Assembly: GCA_036505255.1 (NCBI GenBank)
Contig: DASXTT010000113.1
Coordinates: forward strand, 1-39,031
Reading direction: 5' to 3'
DNA length: 39,031 nt
From: Planctomycetota bacterium
Lineage (GTDB): Bacteria; Planctomycetota; MHYJ01; JACPRB01
Both the position numbers and the translations under genes were made by a program. The notes below the pieces were generated by a model, which saw nothing but the letters and a program-made list of their open reading frames with translations, searched no databases and was not told where the DNA came from. Positions 27,066-33,394 of the stretch are shown here, one piece after another; position 1 is the stretch's first letter, and every line of letters begins with the position of its first letter.

Positions 27066-29126
27066 ATGCGACCCTTGGATCGGTCCGGGGTCCTCTCTAT
27101 GACTTTCCCACCACCACCACCGCCGCCGGGTCCGGTGACGCAGGCCACCGGCTTGTCCGCGCCTCCGAGGGCGGACCTGGGCGGGATCCTCCTGCGCATG
27201 GGTGCCGTCACCCCGGCGCAGCTCGACGAGTGCCTGAAGCTGCAGCAGTCGATGGCCGGCCAGCCCCACGTCCCGCGGATCGGCGAGCTCCTCCTGCACA
27301 AGGGCTACGCCACCAAGGAGTCGATCCAGAAGGCCCTCGCGGAGCAGAACAAGAAGGTCCTCCTCTGCCCGCGCTGCAACATCATGGTGACGGTCAACCT
27401 GAGGTCGGACGCCATCGGGTACAAGTGCGGCAAGTGCGAGACGATCCTCATCGAGCCCTCGCCCGATCGGGAGGACGACAGCATCGACTCGATGATCATC
27501 GTCCACAGCAGCCTTCCGGTACCGCCCGAGGTGCAGGAGGCCCGCAAGGACCCGACGAAGCGTTTCGGCAAGTACATCCTGCTGGGCGAGATCGGCCGGG
27601 GCGGCATCGGCACCATTTACCGCGCGTGGGACGTCTACCTGAACCAGTTCGTGGCCCTCAAGCGGATCAAGCCGCCGCCCATGGGGGCGGGACGCGGCGT
27701 CCGCCACACGCGCATCGCGAGCCTCCTCAACGAGGCTCACAACGCGATCCGGCTGCGCCACCCGAACATCGTGTCCGTCTACGACATCGGCCGCATCGAG
27801 GACGAGTACTACATCAGCATGGAGTTCCTCGACGGGCGGACGATGCTCGACGAGGTGCAGGAGTGCAAGAAGGCGGGCAAGGTTTCGCCCTTCCACGAGA
27901 ACTCGCGGAAGTGGCTCGGCGTGCTCTACGAGACGGCCCAGGCGCTTCACTACGCCCACACGCGCCCGGCTCCATTGCTCCACTGCGACCTCAAGCCCGC
28001 CAACATCATGGTGACCAAGGACGGGCGGACCTGCATCCTCGACTTCGGCCTGGCGCGCCAGCTCGGCGAGATCAAGGCGGAGCAGGGGGTCGTCAGCGGC
28101 ACGCCTTCGTACATGGCCCCGGAACAGGCGGCCGGGCGCAATGACCTCCTCGACCCCCGCACCGACGTGTACGGCCTGGGCGCGATCCTGTACGAACTGC
28201 TCGCGGGCCAGCCTCCCTACATCGGGGAGGTGATGGACGTGCTGAAGCGGGTGCAGGAGGAGAGGCCGAAGCCGCCGAGCGAACTGGCGTGGGGCCGGGA
28301 CCCGGCGAGCGGTTCCTCGCGGCGGATGCTCCTCGTTCCGCCGGAGCTGGAGGCGCTCTGCATGCGGAGCCTCTCCAAGGAAGCGGCCAAGCGTCCGGCG
28401 AGCGCGCTGGTCTTCGCCGAGGAAATCGCGCACACGATCGGGGGCGGCAAGCGGTCGCTCCCCAAGCAGGCGGCGAGCTCCACGCTTCACACGGAATTGC
28501 AGTCAATCGCCGAATCCTTCGGCGCCCGCAAGGGCCGGCTGGTCCCGATCCTGCTCATGGCGTTCATGATGATCCTGGCGGCCTCGGCCACGGTGATCTT
28601 CTACTCGAAGTTCCGCGGCACCTACGAATCCGACGCCCCCGAACAGACCGCCCTGAAGTACCTCGCGGAGTTCCGCCCGGAGGAGGTCGACAAGCTGGGT
28701 CCCGATGTCCTGCGGCGTCCGGAGCTCAGCGAGGTCGTGCGGCGCCGGGACCAGATGGCGTCATTCAAGCAGCAACTTATGGACTACATCGAGGCGAAGA
28801 ATCCCTTCATCTGGCGTCTGACGATCGGATCCCAGTCGGCGAGAAACGTCACGCTGCAGCGGGCCCGGGCGGACAGCGTCACCTTCGTCATCGGCCAGCA
28901 GCTGCCGGACAACGCTCCGTGGTCGCGCTTCGGTCCGACCGGCGTGCACGAGATGGCGAAGGAGTGGAAGCTCCTCAATTCCGCCGGGAACAAGTACGCC
29001 ATGGCCCTCTACGCCCTGTCGGCCAACACCAAGGGGCTGGCCCGCGACCTGTTCAACAGCCTCCAGGGAACCCAGTTCGCCGGGCAGGCGGCCGAGTACC
29101 TCCGGCAGCTCGACCTGGAGAAATGA
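27066..29126 (+). CDS. Hanks-type Ser/Thr protein kinase with an N-terminal T2SSE_N/MshEN-like module and zinc ribbon, one TM helix and a C-terminal extracytoplasmic domain
   Basis: DLGGILLRMGAVTPAQLDECLKLQ and RIGELLLHKGYATKESIQKALAEQ. CPRC..CGKC. Kinase motifs GEIGRGGIGTIY, VALKRIK, HCDLKPANIMV, DFGLAR, GTPSYMAPEQ. TM helix LVPILLMAFMMILAASATVIFY. The alternative start is ATG 27099. Confidence 0.88.
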   Translation: MRPLDRSGVLSMTFPPPPPPPGPVTQATGLSAPPRADLGGILLRMGAVTPAQLDECLKLQQSMAGQPHVPRIGELLLHKGYATKESIQKALAEQNKKVLLCPRCNIMVTVNLRSDAIGYKCGKCETILIEPSPDREDDSIDSMIIVHSSLPVPPEVQEARKDPTKRFGKYILLGEIGRGGIGTIYRAWDVYLNQFVALKRIKPPPMGAGRGVRHTRIASLLNEAHNAIRLRHPNIVSVYDIGRIEDEYYISMEFLDGRTMLDEVQECKKAGKVSPFHENSRKWLGVLYETAQALHYAHTRPAPLLHCDLKPANIMVTKDGRTCILDFGLARQLGEIKAEQGVVSGTPSYMAPEQAAGRNDLLDPRTDVYGLGAILYELLAGQPPYIGEVMDVLKRVQEERPKPPSELAWGRDPASGSSRRMLLVPPELEALCMRSLSKEAAKRPASALVFAEEIAHTIGGGKRSLPKQAASSTLHTELQSIAESFGARKGRLVPILLMAFMMILAASATVIFYSKFRGTYESDAPEQTALKYLAEFRPEEVDKLGPDVLRRPELSEVVRRRDQMASFKQQLMDYIEAKNPFIWRLTIGSQSARNVTLQRARADSVTFVIGQQLPDNAPWSRFGPTGVHEMAKEWKLLNSAGNKYAMALYALSANTKGLARDLFNSLQGTQFAGQAAEYLRQLDLEK

Positions 29127-29186
29127 CGATCTCCGGGCCGGGAAAACCGCGGCGGGGTTGATAGGCCATCGTATAATCCGGCTTTC

Positions 29187-32100
29187 ATGGGCGATCCCTC
29201 CCTCCAGGACGCGGCGACCGGGCTGGGCAATCGGCGCGGCCTGCTCTCCGCCCTCCGCGACCGCATGCCGGCCCAGACGGGCGCCCTGATCCTGATCGAT
29301 CTCGACGGCTTTCGAGCCTCCGTCGAAGGCCTTGACCGCAAACAGATCGACGCCCTGCTCATGGACATCGCCGGGCGGCTCCGCGAGGGGGCCGGGGCGG
29401 AGGCCCTCCTTTTCCGGTACGGCGGCGACGCCTTCGGTCTGCTGGTTCCGGAGGCGGATCGCGACAAGGGCGCCGCGGCGGCCGAGAATCTCCGCTCCTC
29501 CGTCGACCGCAAGCCCTTCATGTCCGGAACGCGCTACATCCCGATGACGGCCAGCGCGGCGGTCGCGACCTACCCCATGGATGGAAAGTCCCCGGCGGGA
29601 GTGATCGAGGCGGCCGAGAGGGCCCTGCTGGTCGCCAAGCAGCTGGGGCGGAACCGCATCGCGGTGGCGGGCCGGCTCGACCCCGCCGCGCTCGCCGAGA
29701 TCGGCATCTTCCGCGGGCTCCCCTGCCCGATTCACATCGGGCGCGTCGCGGAGCAATCCCGCCTGCGCCAGCTCGCCACGGACGTCCGCAACGTCGGGCC
29801 GGCCGTCGCGGTCGTCACGGGCGGAGCCGGCGTCGGCAAGTCGCGCCTCCTCCAGGAGCTGGGGGTGTGGGCGCGGGCGGAGAAATACATCGTCCTCGCC
29901 GCGACCTGCCAGGAGTCGCGCGCGACGGCCCCCTATGCGACCCTCGCCGAGCAGATCGAAACGCACATGGCCTCGGACCGCGACAAGGTCCTGCAGGCCA
30001 TGCAGCGCATCAGCCCGGCCCACCGCGCGGCGCTCGCCGTGGTCCTCCGCGACCTGCCGGTGGAGTGGACGACCGAAGCGACCGAGGCGGGCGTGGTCGG
30101 GAAGTTGATCTTCGAGGCCTTCGGGGCCCTGTTCGAGGAGCTGTCCCGGATCGGCCCGCTGCTCGTCCTGGCCGACGAGGTGGAGTTCGGGGACGCCGCC
30201 ACCTTCGAGGTGTACCGCGCCGCGATCAGCCGGAAGCTTCCCATCCTCGTCGTCGTCGGCACCGATCGACCGGCCCCCGAGATGGAGCTGATGCCCTCGG
30301 GGTCCTTCTGGCGGGACTTCGGACCCGGGGCGTCGCGGATCAACCTCCAGGCGCTCCCGGCCGAGGACCTGCGGCAGATGGTCCGCGGCATCCTGCCGGA
30401 CGCCGAGATCAGCAGCGAGTCCCTGGCGCGGCTCGTCGTGGCCGCCCAGGGGAATCCGCTCTACATCGAGGAAACGATCCGGTCGCTCCTCCTGCGGGGA
30501 CGCCTCAAGCTGGCCGGGGGCCGGTGGTCGCTCGCCGAGCTGACGGCCGCCGACCTGTCGCGCGATCTCGCGGGCGCCATGCGCGCCGTCTCGGAGGCGC
30601 TGCCCTCCGGGGCCAATTCCCTCCTGACCCGCGCCGCGGTGATCGGCACGCGCGTCGACCCCGAGCTGCTGCAGGAGGTGCTCGGCGAGGGGGACATGGA
30701 GATGCTGGACCTCATCGACGAGGTCCGGCGGTCCCGGCTCCTTCTGCCCTCGGAGTCGGGCCAGGATCTCCTCTCCTTCCCGGCGGCCCACGCGCGTCGG
30801 GCCCGGCTGCAGACCTCGGACGCGACGGAGCGCCGCGAGATTCACGGCCGCGTCGGCGTGGTGCAGGAGGCGCGTCACGGCGGCGACGTCGACCACATCG
30901 CGGACGAGATCGCGTTCCACTACGGCCGCGCGGGGCAGGAGGCCAAGGCCAAGCAGTTCGACCAGATCGCGCAGAAGCGCGCGGCGCTCATCCAGCCGCC
31001 CCAGAAGCCCGGCGTCCGCCGGCCCACGCTTCCCCAGATCACGACGGCCCTGGCGGCCCCGGCGACCGAGCAGGCCCTGGCCCTCATGCGCCACTTCATG
31101 GCGGCCGTGAAGATCGGGAGGCTCTACCCGCAGTGGAGCCAGGTCGGGACCACGTTCCTCGCCCAGCTGCGGGGTTCGCTGGAGGCGCTCCTCACGGGAG
31201 GGCCCGGCCTCACCTTCGCCGTGACCACGAACGGCCCCGCCATCAACGGGGTCGTGACCGACGCCCCGGTGGCCGCCGACTTCGCCCGGCTCATCGAGGA
31301 GCGCCTCATCGAATCGATCACCATCCTGAACACCTTCGAATTCCCGCGGATCGAGACGCTCGTCCGCACCTTCGCGGAGCCCTTCGACCGGTCGCGGGTG
31401 TCGCCCGATTACTGGGACCGCTTCCTAGCCCGCGAGGCGATGGGGGCGATCGACATCGTCCAGAAGGCCTACCAGGCCCGAGAAACCGTGCGGCGGACGC
31501 GCGTCCAGCACGGGGACACGGCCGTGCCGCCCGAGGACATCGGCGCCGTGCGCGACGCGCTCCGCTTCGTGAAGGCCGCGGTGGACAACCTGAAGCGCTA
31601 CCCGCCGGGCCATTCGCTGGTGGAGGAGACGACCGGCCAGAGCGTCCGCACTTTCCTCGAGCTCCTTCGCAAGGTGCCGGCCGTGACCATCGGGACCGCG
31701 GAAGGGGAGCTCGTCCTCAACGGACAGCCCGCGGACCGGAAGTTCTTCTCCGAGGCGGGGGCCTTCTTCACCAAGGAGATCGACCAGCGCAAGATCCAGA
31801 GCATCTCGGTGTGGCGCGGCCTGATGGAGGACGAAGTCCGCGCCCTCATCAGCTACTTTTCGCTGACGGCCGAGGAGGCCCTTCAGCCGGGGACGGGCGA
31901 GCGCCTGCTCACCCAGTTCACCCACGTCGCGTTCGGCTCCCGCGCCTACGAGCGGGCGACGGAGGAGGCCGGGGCGCCGCTCCACCCGCCGCCGAAGGCG
32001 GTGCGATCGGAACTCCGGGCCCGGGAGCACCTCTCCAAATCGGACGAGGAGTTCCTCACCCCCGACCTCGAGCGCCAGTTCCCCCTCCTCGTCGAGGCGC

Positions 32101-33248
32101 TGGCCTACGGGGCGGGGCGGACCCTGGCGGAGCAGCTCGTGGACCGGCTCGGGACCCACTTCCACCACCCGAGCCTCTCCCACCGCACGCGGGCCTTCAA
32201 CCTGCTGACGCGGTCGATCGCCTTCGCCTCCCCCGGAACGCGCAAGCTGGCCGTGATGCGGTCCGCCGCGTCGCTCAAGATGCGCCTGTCGGAGGATACG
32301 GAGCCGCTGCACGTGCGGGCCGCGGTGAACCTCCTGCCCGTCTGGATCCCGGCCGCCGCCGCGTCGGGCTGCCTCGGCGAGCTGGCGGAGATCGCGGGTC
32401 GGACCCTGCGGAGGCGGGCCGACTCCCCGGCGACGCCGCCGGAGGTGGCGGCCGTCTGCGAATCGGCCCTCCAGCTCATCCCGCAGTCGCAGGCCTACGA
32501 CGCGATCTGCGCCGCGGTCCGGAAGCCCGCCGAGGACGATCGCAACGCGGCCATCACGATCCTGCTTTCGGTCGGCGGCCCGACCGTGGAGAAGCTCGTC
32601 GAGATCCTGGCCGAGGAGTCGGACCTGCAGGTCCGGCGCGCGATCTCGCTCTCGCTCGCGCCGGCCTCGGAGCGGCTCTCGCCCGAGATCATCCGGCTTC
32701 TCCCGCCCGACGGCGAGCCGCAGCGGCTCGCCCGCGTGCTCATGGTGATCGAGCCGCTTCTGACGGGGACGGTGGCGGCCCACATCGCCACGCTGGCCGA
32801 GAAGTCGGGCCCGGACATCCGGGGAGTCATCCTCAAATCCGCCGAGCAGTGGCCCCGATCGGTGGCTTCGGGAGTCGTCCGCCGGCTCCTGGCCAGCCCG
32901 GCCCGGGATCTCCGCGACGCGGGGATCGAGGCGGCCACGCGGATGAAACTCGAGGCGGTCAAGGCGGAGATCGGCCGCATCCTCGAGGGGGCGCAGGACG
33001 AGCGGCTCATGGTCCTTTGCGCGGGATTCTTCCGGGAGGTGCCCAATCCCGCCGTCGTCGCGCTGCTGACGAAGATCGCCCAGACCCGTCCCAAGCTCTT
33101 CGGCCTCGTGAAAGGCTACGCGGCCGAGACCCGCGCGGCCGCCGTCCTGGCCCTGGCCGCCCAGGGGACCCGCCAGGCGGAGGAGGCCGTGACCGCGGCG
33201 GTGACCGATCCGAAGGTCAAGGCCCTCACGGAATCGAGGAAGAAGTAG
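29187..33248 (+). CDS. Degenerate GGDEF domain / STAND-type (AAA_16-like) NTPase / internally duplicated module / HEAT-repeat protein (1353 aa)
   Basis: GGDEF-like N-terminus with RYGGDAF (nt 29421-29435). Walker A GGAGVGKS (29820-29843). Walker B LLVLADEVEF. A helical region follows. Two related ~100-aa modules lie at about 31080-31385 and 31545-31865. HEAT-like C-terminus. Confidence 0.85.
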   Translation: MGDPSLQDAATGLGNRRGLLSALRDRMPAQTGALILIDLDGFRASVEGLDRKQIDALLMDIAGRLREGAGAEALLFRYGGDAFGLLVPEADRDKGAAAAENLRSSVDRKPFMSGTRYIPMTASAAVATYPMDGKSPAGVIEAAERALLVAKQLGRNRIAVAGRLDPAALAEIGIFRGLPCPIHIGRVAEQSRLRQLATDVRNVGPAVAVVTGGAGVGKSRLLQELGVWARAEKYIVLAATCQESRATAPYATLAEQIETHMASDRDKVLQAMQRISPAHRAALAVVLRDLPVEWTTEATEAGVVGKLIFEAFGALFEELSRIGPLLVLADEVEFGDAATFEVYRAAISRKLPILVVVGTDRPAPEMELMPSGSFWRDFGPGASRINLQALPAEDLRQMVRGILPDAEISSESLARLVVAAQGNPLYIEETIRSLLLRGRLKLAGGRWSLAELTAADLSRDLAGAMRAVSEALPSGANSLLTRAAVIGTRVDPELLQEVLGEGDMEMLDLIDEVRRSRLLLPSESGQDLLSFPAAHARRARLQTSDATERREIHGRVGVVQEARHGGDVDHIADEIAFHYGRAGQEAKAKQFDQIAQKRAALIQPPQKPGVRRPTLPQITTALAAPATEQALALMRHFMAAVKIGRLYPQWSQVGTTFLAQLRGSLEALLTGGPGLTFAVTTNGPAINGVVTDAPVAADFARLIEERLIESITILNTFEFPRIETLVRTFAEPFDRSRVSPDYWDRFLAREAMGAIDIVQKAYQARETVRRTRVQHGDTAVPPEDIGAVRDALRFVKAAVDNLKRYPPGHSLVEETTGQSVRTFLELLRKVPAVTIGTAEGELVLNGQPADRKFFSEAGAFFTKEIDQRKIQSISVWRGLMEDEVRALISYFSLTAEEALQPGTGERLLTQFTHVAFGSRAYERATEEAGAPLHPPPKAVRSELRAREHLSKSDEEFLTPDLERQFPLLVEALAYGAGRTLAEQLVDRLGTHFHHPSLSHRTRAFNLLTRSIAFASPGTRKLAVMRSAASLKMRLSEDTEPLHVRAAVNLLPVWIPAAAASGCLGELAEIAGRTLRRRADSPATPPEVAAVCESALQLIPQSQAYDAICAAVRKPAEDDRNAAITILLSVGGPTVEKLVEILAEESDLQVRRAISLSLAPASERLSPEIIRLLPPDGEPQRLARVLMVIEPLLTGTVAAHIATLAEKSGPDIRGVILKSAEQWPRSVASGVVRRLLASPARDLRDAGIEAATRMKLEAVKAEIGRILEGAQDERLMVLCAGFFREVPNPAVVALLTKIAQTRPKLFGLVKGYAAETRAAAVLALAAQGTRQAEEAVTAAVTDPKVKALTESRKK

Positions 33249-33394
33249 GGAAGCCCCCGCCGGGCGGACGCCGTCCCTCCAGGATCGCGCCGTCCGGGCC
33301 GCGTTTTACATATTTCGAAAGTCATGAATTAGTAAATTTGTAAATGGGCGGGGCCCCGGGAAACGGGTGCGGATCCAGGAGGGCCCCCGCGCGA

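Noticed and set aside
29187-29690. The GGDEF domain as an active diguanylate cyclase supplying c-di-GMP to the neighbouring kinases
   Set aside because: The motif reads GGDAF, and the upstream metal and substrate-binding residues are also substituted. Activity is unlikely, so the domain is reported as degenerate or sensor-like instead.
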